DNA of 64,000 nt. Origin: Cenarchaeum sp. (lineage in GTDB: Archaea > Thermoproteota > Nitrososphaeria > Nitrososphaerales > Nitrosopumilaceae). The stretch lies in assembly GCA_963692915.1 (NCBI GenBank), contig OY843584.1, positions 384,001 to 448,000 of the forward strand, written 5' to 3'. Position numbers and translations under genes: made by a program. Below the pieces are notes generated by a model. It was not told the DNA's origin. It worked only from the letters and a program-made list of their open reading frames with translations, and made no database searches. Numbering within the stretch: position 1 is the stretch's first letter; each line of letters starts with the position of its first letter. Shown piece after piece: positions 34,415-47,800 of the stretch.

Positions 34415-35685
34415 TCTGCACAACGCGGCGGTCGGCGTTGCGCGGCACGATTGCGTGTCCGGCCAGCAAGAGCTATACGCACAGGGCGCTCTTTGTGGCC
34501 TCGCTTGCCGACGGCTCTAGCGCCGTGCGCGGCGCGCTTGACTCACTTGACACGCGCGCAACGGCCCGCGCGTGCGCGGCATTTGGCGCGACTGTGGAAG
34601 GTCTCGGGACGCGCGAGGTTCGCATAGTCGGCCGCCCGCACCCGCACGCCGCGTCGATCAATGCCGAGAACTCGGGGACGACATTGCGCATCGCCGCCGC
34701 AGTGGCCGCACTCTCGCCGGAGACGACAGAGCTCACCGGAGACGCAAGCCTCTGCAGGAGGCCAGTCATGCACCTCGTCGACGCGCTAGAGTCAATGGGC
34801 GCAGCGTGCGAGTCTGCCGGCGGAACCCCACCGCTCTCGGTTCGCGGGCCTGTCGGCGGCGGCCGCGTGAGCGTGCAGGGCAGCGTGTCAAGCCAGTTCG
34901 TCTCGGCCCTCCTAATCATGGCCCCGTGCACGCCTGACGGGATGGCGATATCGATCGAGGGCACTACCGTGTCACAGCCGTATATCGATGCGACCATATC
35001 AGTCATGCGCCGGTTTGGCGCGCACGTCGAGGAGCGCTCTGCGCACAGGTCGTACTTTGTCGCGCCGCGCCGATACTCGCCTGCGACGATCGACGTGCCG
35101 TCTGACTATTCGAGCGCCGCGCTCCTCCTTGCGGCATCCGTGCTGACCGGCGACTCGCTCTGCGTCAGTGCGGGCGATGCGGGAATGCCACAGGGTGACA
35201 CTGCGTTTCTTGGCATGCTTGACTCCATGGGCGTGCGCGTGTCAGATGCCGACGGTGCGCTGCGCACCTCCTCGCCTGATACCCTGCGCGGCGGCTCCTT
35301 TGACCTGTCTGACACGCCAGACCTCCTGCCGCCGCTGGCAATCCTGTCGCTAAGGTGCCCTGAGCGCATGGAGATAACGGGCATTGCGCACGCCCGGACA
35401 AAGGAGACTGACCGCATCGCAGTCCTCGCCGAGCAGCTCGCGCGCCTCGGCGTGCGCACCTCGCAGCGCGATGACGCGCTCCTCCTCTGGCATGATGCCG
35501 GCTCTAAACCGCATGGCGCATCACTTGACTCTTGCGGGGACCACCGCATCTTCATGGCACTGTGCATCGCCGGCCTTGCCCTCGGCGAGACGACAGTGGA
35601 TGGTGCCGAGTCTGCCTCCGTGTCGTATCCGGGCTTTGTCGATGACATGCGCCGTGTCGGCGCGCGGATCGAGCTGGGCGCCTAG
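34411..35685 (+). CDS. aroA: 3-phosphoshikimate 1-carboxyvinyltransferase (EPSP synthase)
   Basis: SKSYTHRAL, NSGTTLR, SSQFVS, KETDRI, DHRI; start approximate. Confidence 0.95.
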   Translation: MICTTRRSALRGTIACPASKSYTHRALFVASLADGSSAVRGALDSLDTRATARACAAFGATVEGLGTREVRIVGRPHPHAASINAENSGTTLRIAAAVAALSPETTELTGDASLCRRPVMHLVDALESMGAACESAGGTPPLSVRGPVGGGRVSVQGSVSSQFVSALLIMAPCTPDGMAISIEGTTVSQPYIDATISVMRRFGAHVEERSAHRSYFVAPRRYSPATIDVPSDYSSAALLLAASVLTGDSLCVSAGDAGMPQGDTAFLGMLDSMGVRVSDADGALRTSSPDTLRGGSFDLSDTPDLLPPLAILSLRCPERMEITGIAHARTKETDRIAVLAEQLARLGVRTSQRDDALLLWHDAGSKPHGASLDSCGDHRIFMALCIAGLALGETTVDGAESASVSYPGFVDDMRRVGARIELGA

Positions 35686-35732
35686 GCTGCAGCAGAGCCC
35701 CGCCGTTCTGGCGCCCCTGCAATCACACCCGT

Positions 35733-35749
35733 GGGGGGGGGGGGGGGGG
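35733..35749 (+). repeat. G17 homopolymer tract
   Basis: 17 consecutive G counted, ~50 nt upstream of a TTAAATA box. Confidence 0.85.
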
Positions 35750-35799
35750 CATGGGAGACGGGGCATGTGATGGCCCATGCGGCAGATGTGGCAGAGTGA

Positions 35800-35806
35800 T
35801 TAAATA
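35800..35806 (+). promoter_or_regulatory. Putative TATA box of the giant surface-protein gene (leaderless transcript)
   Basis: TTAAATA ending ~25 nt before ATG 35831. Confidence 0.65.
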
Positions 35807-35830
35807 CTTGGGCGTTTCTCAAGGCGCACA

Positions 35831-38800
35831 ATGTGGGCTTGGAGGGTTGCCGTGGTGGCTCTATTGGGGGTTGTTGCGCTCGGTGCGATCTCGGGCGTGA
35901 TGGCCCAGGAGGCGCTGACGGCAAGCCCACTCACGACGCGCACGCTAGTCGACGGCGTGCCCACGCAGGTCCACGCAAAGGTCGGCGCGACAATATCCAT
36001 CTCCGTCGAGACGTCCTCGGCAGTCACGATTACCGCCTCGGACGTGTCGTTCTTTGGACGTGGCAGCCAGGCCGTTGCGCCAACGTCAGTGACCGGCAGC
36101 GGGACGTCATGGGAGGTGCGCCTCAACGTGGTCAACTCGCACGTCGAGGGCCCGCTGCGGTTCTGGATTACCGCCCATGATGCGGTGACGCCGACTAGCA
36201 CGATCACGCTCACCGAGGCCGACATTGCCGGACACCATGTCAGCATTGACCGGACGCGGCCAGAATTCACCATCACGCCGACGTCATCGACGACAACGCT
36301 AGTGACGCTCAACGAGCCGCTCTCGCCGCTAGTTGCCGCGTCACGCGAGCTTGACGTGTCACGTTGGTGCGTCAATGACTCACAGACCCCGCAGATCATG
36401 TGCTTATCCACTGCCGACTATAACAGGGACGTGGCGTCTGCGACCGTGCTGTCCTTGGGCCTGTCGCCGGTGATCCTGCTGACCCACGAGCCGGTGGTTC
36501 ACCTCTCGGACATGGTTGTGGTCTTTGACCACCACGACACCTCCACGCCGTTCCTGTTCACCGACGCTGCGCTGAACCTTCCGGCGATCCCCGCATCACA
36601 GTCGAGTGTTGAGGCGTCCATGCAGCGCATCTTTGGGTCCCCGCCGGCCACCTCGTCTGACCACGTGTTTCCGTTCACCGCGGAGTATGATGTGGGCAAC
36701 CGGCGGATCCTTGTGCGCATGGGAGACGCGATAGGGCTGACCGGCCAGCTGACGCTGGCTGACTGGCGTGTGGAGCACGGGGAACCTTCGCCTGATGTCG
36801 CCTCAAATGACCTCCAGACACAGACCATCTCGCAGTCTCCGCCATCCGAGACGGATCTTCACGTCAGGTACATCGGCCTTGAGTCCGCCGCGGTGGTGCC
36901 CGAGAACGCAAACCTGTGGGTCACGTACACGCCGAGCGACTCCATGCCGCTTCGCGTGGGCACCGCCGGAATGATCCTCACGGGCAGTGCCCAGTTTGCG
37001 CTAAACCCCGACACGCGGCCAACGACGCTGACGGTCAGCGCGCAGCGCGATTCGGGCTCCGGACCGGCCTCTTATGATGGCGACTTGAGGGCATCTGACA
37101 CCATCACAGTCACGATGCGCCTCAGGGAGGCGACACTGAGCACGTCAGTCCCGACGATATCGTTCTTTGGTGCGGCGGCCGTGGACATGACGGGCACTGC
37201 AGGCGGGCGGGACTGGACCGCCACGCTTGCCGTTCGTGACGATGACGCGTCCACCGATGGGGTCAACGAGGGCACGCCTGAGGGCAGCGTGGAGTTTGAC
37301 ATCACTGCGACGAACGTGGGGCGCACGGTGGTGCGCTACGACGAGTCGCACGTGACTGACGGCTCGTCGGTGAGCGTGGATCGCACGCCGCCACAGGTCC
37401 GCACGGCAAAGTTTGTGGACGCGCGCTCAGAGATACACGTTGTGCCCGATGAGCCCGTCTCGTACACGTCATTGACGGATCTCTTTACGGCCACTAGCGG
37501 CGGCTCGGAGGTGGAGCTCTCGGACGTGACGTTTGACGCGTTGCGTGGCGCATACGTGATCGAGATCACCGCGGCCGCGCAGGGCTCGACATATGTCCTC
37601 ACGCCTGCGGCGGGGGCGATCACGGACGGTGCGGGCAACGCGCTTGCCGGCTCGTTCAGCGTGGTCGACGAGTCCGCCGCGCCGACAGTCACATCAATGT
37701 CACTTGATGTCCTGCGCGCCGACGAGGCCGGCATGTATGTGCTCCGCAGCGGGGCGCACGCCGAGTACGCAATGGCCGATGACGTGATCCGCGTAACCCT
37801 CGGGCTCAACGAGATCACCAATCCCGTCACGGTGCCGACCGTGCGCTTTTTTGACCAGCAAACTCCAGTTGCCATGAACGGCTCACCGGGCGACATGGCC
37901 TGGACGGCAGACTTTCTCGTCACGTCCATGACGCGTGAGGGGTCTGTCGAGTTTGACATTGTCGCCCTGGACTATGTCGGCAATGCCGCAGACATTGACG
38001 AGACTGGCGTCACGGACATGTCAGACGCAATCGTCGACCTCACGGCGCCATTGGCGTCACCGTCCATGACGTTTAGCTACACTGCGACTCCGACGGGATT
38101 CACGCTGTTCTTTGCGGAGGATCTTGACGACACGACTGTCATGACCTCGGCCTTTGTCATAAAGAGTCCCGAGGGCGGCGTCGTCATGCAGAGTGCCGCG
38201 CCGACCTATGCGGCCTCGACGTCTAGCGCGCAGGCCGGCGTGAGCTTTACGACTGCGGCGCTCTCTGACGGGAACCACACAGTCGAGATCGCCATCTCGC
38301 TCACCGACAGGGCCGGAAACTCGTACGTGGCCGACGATGTGACCGTATACGTTGACACGACGGCCCCGACGGTGACTGGGATTGCCACCGAGTCCTCCAC
38401 GACGACAATAGTGACGCTTGATGAGGCAGTCACGGCCGACGGCAACGCAGCTCAGCGCTTGCGGCACTGGACGGTGACTGATGATGACCCTGATGGGTCG
38501 TCTGGCCCTATAGAGGCTCCCGTGAGGGCGATCTCAAACGTGGAGGTGATAGACACGGAAGGCATGGCCGCCGCGTCTGGCGAACGCATACGCATCACGC
38601 ATGCGTCCCTGGCCTCGACTGCCTCGACTCCGACTGTGGCGTATGCGCCAGTGTCTACTGACGTTGGTGGCATCGGTGCTGTCACCCTTGGCCTGGTGAC
38701 TGACGCCTCGCCACCGCTGGCCACCAGGCTTGCTGCCGTGTCGGCCACAGAGGCAGATGACCTTGCGTCCCCGACGGCGAATGATCCGAGCTTTACGAAC

Positions 38801-41800
38801 GCGCGCACGATAACGTTTACGCTGAGCGAGCCTGTGGTGCAGACGTTCCTTGAGCGAACGACCGTCTCGCCCCCCATTGGGACCCTGACTGTCGCAGTTG
38901 ACGGGCTCCGTGTCACCCTGAGCGGCACGACTAACGCCATTGACGGCACAACATACTCGATAGAGGTGCCGAGCGCCGTGACTGACTCAAAGTGTGTTGG
39001 CGTGACGGACACATGCGTGCCCAACATGTTCTCGCTCGATAGTGTAGAGCTGGCCTATGGTGACACATACGCCCCCACGGCACAGTCTGCGACCTTTTTG
39101 TCCTCCTCGCGCATAGATGTTGAGGTCAGTGAGACACTCGATGCAGACACGCTGTCTGGCATTACAGTAAGCCCGCCATTGGGAACTCTCACAGTGACCC
39201 AGTTTGACCTGACAGTCGTGATCGGCTTTACCGGCACGCCGAGTGTCGGCACGGAATATACGGTGACGATTCCGACGACGGTTACTGATGTGGCCTCTCC
39301 GGCCAACGCCTTTGCCCTCACCACGCTCGCGACGACGTACAGAGCTGACACGACTCAGCCCACAGTGGTCTCTGCCACCCAGACGTCATACGGCGTGATC
39401 GTCGTGAGGTTTAGTGAACCCATCCAGGGGACTACCAGAACGAGTGACTGGAGCATCTGGGATGACCGATATCCGGCTAATCCATTTCCTGCCATAGTGA
39501 ACGTCGCGCTAGGCGGCGGCTTTGCCACCTCTACGACTTCGCTCACAATACCTGGAACCGGTGCCCTTGTGCGAGAGATCACGCTGTCAGCCAGGGTCGA
39601 GTCCACAGAATCCAGGCCGTATACTCAGCATGTTGGGAGCGGACTTACGGATCTGTCGGGTAACGTCCTTCGAGACACTGACAGGAGCAATATCCATGGT
39701 GCCGTACGTTTCACGGACAAGGCGCCTCCTGAATCCCTGGGCATCGTGGTGGAGTCGACCAGACCACGCCAGGCAGATCTTGTTTCGGGCATCGACATTG
39801 GCACACTGCTCGTAAAGGCCGGAGACGAGGTGACATTTACTGTTGAGTTTGATGGCAGTTCGACCCCGTTTCGCGATCGTTATCTGCGCACACAACTTGA
39901 GGTAGACCCAACAATACAGTACGTTAGGGGCGGCACGACATACCCGCTGGCATTCCATAGTGATGTGGAGAACTGGTCGCACACCCTGACCATCACAGGG
40001 GACATGCCTGATGGCCTGCTCGTGCCGTTCCTGACGATCAAGGACAGAGTAGTCCAAAACGGACCGGGCAACATCGGAGAGTACCTGGGAGCATCCACCA
40101 ATCCCAATGCGTGTGACCGTATCGCGGACGCTATACCTGCGAATCGGGCGACAGGGTGCCTGCAGGGGGTGGGACTAGAGCAGGGCCTGCCACGGCTCTT
40201 CCCCACCGTGGACAACTCGCCGCCGGTGATCGAGTCAGCAGAGACGACGACGACTACGACGACGCTAGTCACGCTTGATGAGCCTGTCCTCACATCTACG
40301 GGCACGCCCGCCCAGATTGCTGACAACTGGGCGATGACTAGCGGCACAGATACCGTCAACGTCAGCTCGGCGGCCGTGGCTGGCTCTGAGGTGACGCTCA
40401 CACACGATACGCTTGACACCTATGCGACGCCGACGCTCACATACACGAGGGGGGCAACTGAGGATGCGGGACGCATCATTGACAGGGTGGATAACAGCCT
40501 TGCCCAGGCAGACTCGGTTCCGGTGGCAGACGGCACGGCGCCCGCGTTCGTCTCGGCAACCATTGGGGCATCACCGTCGCGCACAGTCACGGCGACGTTC
40601 AGCGAGGATATCGCCCGGTCCTCGGTGAGCGCCACGACGATAATGCTTGAGGACTCGGCCGGCACGGCCGTCGAGGGCACCCTGCTGTACCACGATCCAG
40701 ACAACGAGGACACCGTGGCGATAACGTTTCCGTCCAGCGCTGTGGCGCTAGACGGCATGTACACCCTGCGCATAACGACGGGGATAACGGACGCCTCGCC
40801 GCAGGCAAACCCGCTGCCAGCCGAGGCTACGGAAAGCATAGCCCTAAACACGGAGGCTCCGTACATGGTGTCGGCCACAACACGCCTTCCACCCTCATCA
40901 CTCCTTGCTCTCTCTGGATACAACACTCAAGCTGGACCTGTCAGCACCGTGTTACACTTGTATGATGGGGCACAGTCTAGGTCTGTGGTGCCCTCGCCGC
41001 TTAGCGCAATCACTACGGTGACACTCAGCGAGCCTGTGACTACGCCGGGTTCTGCCACTATGGAGAATGTGAGATCCCACTGGAAAGTTGCGGCGGGCTC
41101 GACGGACCTGACCGTGACGTCCGTTGCCGTGTCTGGCAGGACAGTCGCCATAACGCACTCTATACCGGCCAGCACGGACAGCACGTTCACGGTAACGCAC
41201 ACGGTCGGCGACAGTGCGGGGCTCGTCATGGACTCGGCGAACGCCAACATCGCAGACGATGAGAATGCCCAGTCATCTGATGGCATCATCCCACTGTGGA
41301 GCGCGCGTCTCACAGGCCCCACGACTGCGCTAGTGACGTTCAGCGAGCCGGTGATGCAGGTTCCTGGCACAACTGCCATTGACGCGTGGAGGGCATCTGG
41401 CCGCGGTGACCTTGCTGACCAGCGAATGGGAGAGGACAGGTACAGCCGCGCAAACGACGGCGATCGCCGCCTGGCAAGCGCCACGCTCTCAGATGACGGG
41501 AGGAGCATGACGCTGGAGATGAGCGCGGCAATACCCACAGACGACAGGGCGTACTCGGCCACAAACCTCCCCTGGATAAAGTACTATCCTGGCGCATTTG
41601 CGAGGCAGACGCCGCTGCCCGCCACAGCCATCGCCAACACAATCGTGGACTTGGCAGGCAATGCGCTAACTGACCGCGTGTACCAGACAGGCGACGGCAT
41701 TGCCCCCGTTCTCACAGTCGCCTCGTTTGACGGCACGACGATGAGCGTGACGTCATCCAGGCCGCTTGACTCGACGACGATCCAGGGCGGCAACTTTGTC

Positions 41801-44800
41801 CTGAGGGGGCCGGGCTCGCTGACAACCACACACACGCCGACGCTTGTGCCGGGCGGCACGACTAGCGCGTTCTCGCTGACCTTTTCGCCTGCCCTGACGC
41901 TGTCCGGCTCGTACACGATGGTTCTCGGGGACGTTTATGACACGGTCACCACGCAGCATCCGGGCGAGACCAGGGCAGGCAACCGCCTCGTCCTCAGCGA
42001 GCCGACAGTCATGTTCCTCCCGTCGGGCGCCACGAACCCAGTGCTCGCATCGGCCGAGACGCTCACAAAGACGACGACGCAAGTCACGTTTAATCAGCCC
42101 GTGGAGGGCATGACGTCGCGCAGCCAGTGGACCATCACGTCACAGGGCCTGACGATAAATGTCCTCGGCGTGGCCGCCGGCTCGGCGACACCCGTGGATA
42201 GCGCCGATCCAATAACGGTTGCCCGCAGTGGCGCGACGCTGACAATGACGCTGCTCCACGATGCCATCTCCTCGGGCCTGACGCCTGGGATTGACTATGA
42301 TCCCGCCGGCGATACCAGTATAGCCGATGCGAACAGGCTGCGCGACAACTCCAACAACGCCATATTGGGGACTGGCACCACTGGCCCCACGGCGACTGAC
42401 GGCATTCCGCCGCAGGTGTCTGATGCGACGTTCATTGCACGCAACGGGCTCCGGTTGACCTTTGAGGAGCCCCTTGCGCAGGCAAGCGTGACGGCGATGG
42501 GCACGACATTTACGATCACCGACCCGTCAGGGGATCCCGTGAGCCTTGCGAGTGATAATCCCGTGAGCTATTCCGCATCGTCACAGTCAGTCACGCTGAT
42601 CCTCGAAGACTTCACCACGGAGCATGGCGGCTATGGCATCACAATCGTCGGCGTAGCTGACACCGCGTCGCCTACCGCAAACTCGTGCACCGCCATGACG
42701 TGCACGGCAACGGCGGACCGCGAGGTTCAGCTTCCGGTCCTGGGCACCACTGGCTCGCTTGTCGCCAGCGTCCTGTCAGGCGACCCGCTGGCCGCAAAGT
42801 CCACAAACCCAAACATCGCCACGGGTGGCGACACGCTGCGTGTGGCACTCACGCTGGCCGGCATTGTGCCTGATCCCGCCGCGCCAGCCGTGATCGACTC
42901 GGCGCTCCTGAGGGATATTGACAGGCCGTCGATCAGCTTCTTTGGTGGCGAGGGGATGGCCATGACTGACGTCACACAGGCAGGCTCGCCGGCAAGGTCA
43001 TCCTGGTCTATAGACTATACCGTGCCGTCCACGCCGCAAAGGGATGCACAGGCCGAGTTTTCGATAACGGTCGGACATAACCTCGACACAGCCACGTTCA
43101 CGCGGGCCGAGCTGACGTCTGGCACGGCAGTCAGCGTTGACACAAAGCCCCCCGGCCTCTCGGCGTCTGCTGCTGACCCCCTGTACACGAGAACCGAGGC
43201 GGTGGGCGCGACTGCTGGCCTCGGCTCGGCACGCAACGCGCAAGTGGGCGACGTGATGCTCGTTGTGCTCACCACTGACGAGCCGCTCTCTGGCGTCATC
43301 CTCGGCGATGCGACATTCTCTAGCGGCCGTGCCGCAACAGATGTCTCGTCTGACCACACGTCGCGCGGAATCACCCCAGCGCTACCGGAGGACACGTACG
43401 TCTACTCGCGCACCGTGGCCTCTGATGAGCCCGAGGGTCCGGTAGAGTTCTCGATCACGGTTCGCGACGCAGTCGGCAACACGGACACCCTGGACGCCGA
43501 TGACCTGCCCACGGGGGACGACGCGACGGGCTATCGCCTGAGCGTCGACAGGACAGCGCCTACTGTGAGCAGCGCAATGTTCACCTCTCCTACAGTGCTG
43601 ACCATAACGTTCGGCGAGTCCGGGATTCAAACGCTGCCTGCGACACTCACGCTGACTAGGACATCTACGCCAGGCACGACGACTTCGACGCTGACTGCGA
43701 CGCTCTCCGGGGAGCCTGATGGCGCGTCTGTGACATACACCGTTCCGGCAATCCAGCCGTACGCCCACGAAAGCGCCGAGTACACGTTCACGCTGCCTGC
43801 GACGATCCTCGATGACGCGCTCAACGCGTACGTGCCGCCCGCAGACGACATCGTGGTCTCCGAGTCACCCGTCACGATCTCCTCGGCTGAGACATCGTCG
43901 ACTACCGTCACGGACGTCACGCTCTCGGCGCCGCCGGTCGCACTGGGCACCGATGCAACTCCTGCCACGCCAGCCACGCCTGCGCAGATCGCCTCGCACT
44001 GGTCAGTCTCTGAGGTCATCGACGGCACGACAGTCGACAGGGAGGTCACGGGCGCTGCGATAACGGACTCCACGATTCGCCTCACGCATGCGCCCCTTGC
44101 GTCATCATCCTCGACTCCCTCGGTGGCGTACACGGCTCCTGCGTCACGGGCGGTCGGACAGCTCGTTGATGCCACCTCGAGCACGCTCTCTGTCCAGACG
44201 TTTAGCGGAACCGCGGCTGATGGCGCGCCGCCCGTGATGACGGCACGCTTCACAACGCCTGCAATCATCACAGTCACGCTGGACTCGCCGTACGTGACCA
44301 CGCCGGCCGAGCGGGCTCCGGCGCTGTCAAACACAATGTCCCCGATGGACAACGCCGCGACGTTCACGCTGGCCCAGGCCCCGCCCACGACGCTCACGCT
44401 GAGCCTTGGCGGCACCGTGGATGACGGGACATACGAGTTCACAATCACGGTATATGACTCAAACGGCAACATGGGAGTACAGGCCTTTTCACTCGACAGG
44501 GACTCGACTAGCATATTCGCCTCGGCAAGAACCCTCTCGCACACAAGCGTCGAGGTCTCCTTTGCGCTCGGCACGGCGCTAGCGCAGGGCGTGACCTCCC
44601 TTGATCCCGCGCGCTGGACAGTCATCACGCCCGTGGAGGGCGCCCAGGGGGCCACAACGATCACAGTGGCCTCCGTGTCGGCCCTCGCGGACAACAAGGT
44701 GACGCTCACGCTGGCCTCGCCGGGCATTGTGGCCTCGGACGGCACGCCTGACACGGCGGCAACGCCGACCGTAAAGTACACGCGCGGCGTGGGTGCCGCC

Positions 44801-47800
44801 GTCGAGATCCTCGGCTCGACCTCTGAGGAGCTAATGTCAGACTCAAAGCGGGCAACTGATGCGGCCCCGCCGACTCCCCACTCGGCCGTGACGTCCTCGA
44901 CGACCAACGGCGAGAGGCTCGTCATGGCGTTCAGCGAGCCCCTGTACATTGGTTCCGTGGCCGCCCCCGGAATCCCAGATGCTGACATTACGTCCCAGCT
45001 CTCCATCCACGTCGACGGCGCCACGGAAGGCACGGCCCCGTCGTCCATATCGCGAAGCTCTGATGGCACAGAGCTCACGCTGGCCTATACGGGAGTATCG
45101 CTCAACCCCGTGGCCGCATCCACGTTTGTCCGATATGACGGCACGCTGCCTGTCGGCGAGCGCATTCTAGACGTCGTGCCCAACACGCTGTCTAATGCTG
45201 CCCTGGACACGCTCGTGACGGACATGATAGTGCCGTCGATATCCTCGGCCAGGACTGCGGGGGCCACGACGACAGAGGTCACGTACGACGAGCCGATCGC
45301 CCTGGTCGGCGACCCCGCCTCACTCTATGCGATAGAATTTCCGGCCGGAACCACGACGCCCCCCGGCTCTGTGGCCATAAAGGCCGGCGATCCCAGCGTG
45401 GCTGTCCTGACGCACTCGTCTGTCACGTATGGGGTGGACTCTACTGCGACTCTGGCCTACACGGCCGGCACGGCAACGCAGTCCGTGACTGATGCGGCAG
45501 CGGGCGCAAACAGGGCAGAGGCGGTCACGGCGGTGCGAATTGCCGACGGGATCGCCCCAAAGATAACGGAGGTGGAGACTGAGTCGCAGACAACGACGAT
45601 CGTGACGCTTGATGGCCCTGTAACGGCCGGCGGTGATGCCGCACAGCGCTCGCGGCACTGGACCGTGACTGACGTTGACCCTGACGGCACAGGGCCGGTG
45701 GCCGCGCCAGACAGGGCAGTCTCGGGAGTCGACACCATTGACGCGGCTGGCGCCATAGCCACATCGGGCATGCGCATTCGCCTCACGCATGCCGAGCTCT
45801 CAGACACGGCCTCGACGCCGACTGTCGCGTATGTCGCGCGCGTCGACAGCAATGCGGACGGCACGATCGACGCCTTAGACGAGCCAAGCAGGGTCATCGA
45901 CCCCGCCGTCGATGCGCTCAGCATGCCGGCGCCAAACATACTGGCCGACTATACGACGACTGCAACTGACAAGGCGCCGCCGGTTATAACGGCAAGGTTT
46001 GCGACTGCGACATCGATAACCCTGACGCTCAGCGAGCCCATAGAGCGCACGACGGCGCTCCTCACGCGCTCCAACTGGGACATTGACAGCGCAGGAACCG
46101 GTGACAATCCCCGCCTGCTCCAGACCTCCACGCAAACGGAGACGGCCGTGTCATACCCCGCCTCCACGCCATTATCCATGACGATTCGCCTTAACGATGC
46201 CGCATCTGACAATGTCCACACGCTTACCATCCCGGCCGGTATAGTCGACAGGGCAGATACGCCCAACGCCTATGTGGCATCGCGTGCGCTGACCGTCGAT
46301 CCGATCGCAGGAGTCGCGTTTACGGCAAGTGCGACAGGACAGTCAACGATCGAGATCACGTTCACCACGGACGTCGAGAGGATCGGCTCCGCTCCGCTGG
46401 CCACCTCGGCATGGATCGTCTACGAGACACCAACACAGGGCACACAGGCAGAGCGCATCCCGATCTCCTCAGTCTCAGCCCTTGCCGACAACAAGGTGAC
46501 ACTGACGCTCTCGCCCTCGCCTGGCAGGGATGCGCAGACGTCGACTGGAAAAACGCCATACGTCGAGTATGTGCGCGACACCTCTGAGTTTAGGGATGTG
46601 GCCACGCGTGTGCCCCTTGCGGCAGAGGCGAGCGCGGTTGCCACTGATGACACCGACCCGACGATAAAGTCGGCTAGAACGTCATCGACCACGCAGATCA
46701 CCGTCACGCTCAACGAGCCAGTCGGATTTGTGGGCACGGGAGCCAATGCGCCATCTACGGCAGGCCAGATCGCGCAGTGGAGTGCATGCGTCCCGCCCGA
46801 GGGTTCCTCGTCATGCAGTGTGGCCGAGACGCTCTCGAGCATCGGCATAGCCATCTCTGGCTCCACAGTGACGCTGAACTTTGCGCCGGCTGACGAATGG
46901 GAGACAGACGTCGTGCCGGTTGTGACATACCGCAACATCGACGAGCCAGAGGACTCTGAGACGCCCGTGGCTGACCTCTCGGAGCGCGCGCGCGCACGCC
47001 TAGTCGACGTCAACGGCAATGGCATGGACGCAGTGTCGTACCAGTCCGCTGACGGCGTCGCGCCGGTCATCGTGTCGGCATCGACGGCCTCGGTCAGATC
47101 CATCAACGTCGTGCTCTCCGAGGTGTCCGTGTTCGCCCCCGCGTCATCCACGTCGGCACAGCGTGGGCCTCACTGGACGGCCACTGTGGATGGCGATAGC
47201 AGTGTGGGCTCGACTGCGGCGATATCGACGGTATCGGGCACCTCGACTCTCACGTTCCGCGTCGCCTCTGATGACGCATGGACTGGAGACGACTCCCCGA
47301 CTGTCGCCTATGTGAACCCTGCCGGTGCCGGACGCGTGACTGACGTGCATGGCAACGCCATGCTGGTGGCCTCTGGGGTGATGACGACCAATGTGGCGGC
47401 TCCCGAGCTGCTCAGCGCAAGGACGGTGTCGCTTGGCCGCACCGAAGTGGTGGTCTCAAAACCCGCCCAGATCAACGCTGGCACGGCCGCACAGGTGATT
47501 GGGCACTGGTCACTTTTGGACATCGACGGGGATGACGCCGGCGATGCCCCTGATCCCGTGACGATCAGGGGTGTCCGCCTCGATGACAGCATATCCCACG
47601 AGCCGGGCTCGTCTGTCGTAGAGCTCTCCCTGTCCGGCTCGCTGCCAAATGGTGTCCACGAGATAACCGCACGCAGCACGATCGCCTCGACGGGAGGCGC
47701 GACGCCCTCGTCTGACCAGACGACGCGCATTACGTCCTATGTCCCGCCGATGGTCCTTGAGGACCTAACCTTGGGTGATGATCGCATATCGCTGCTGTTC

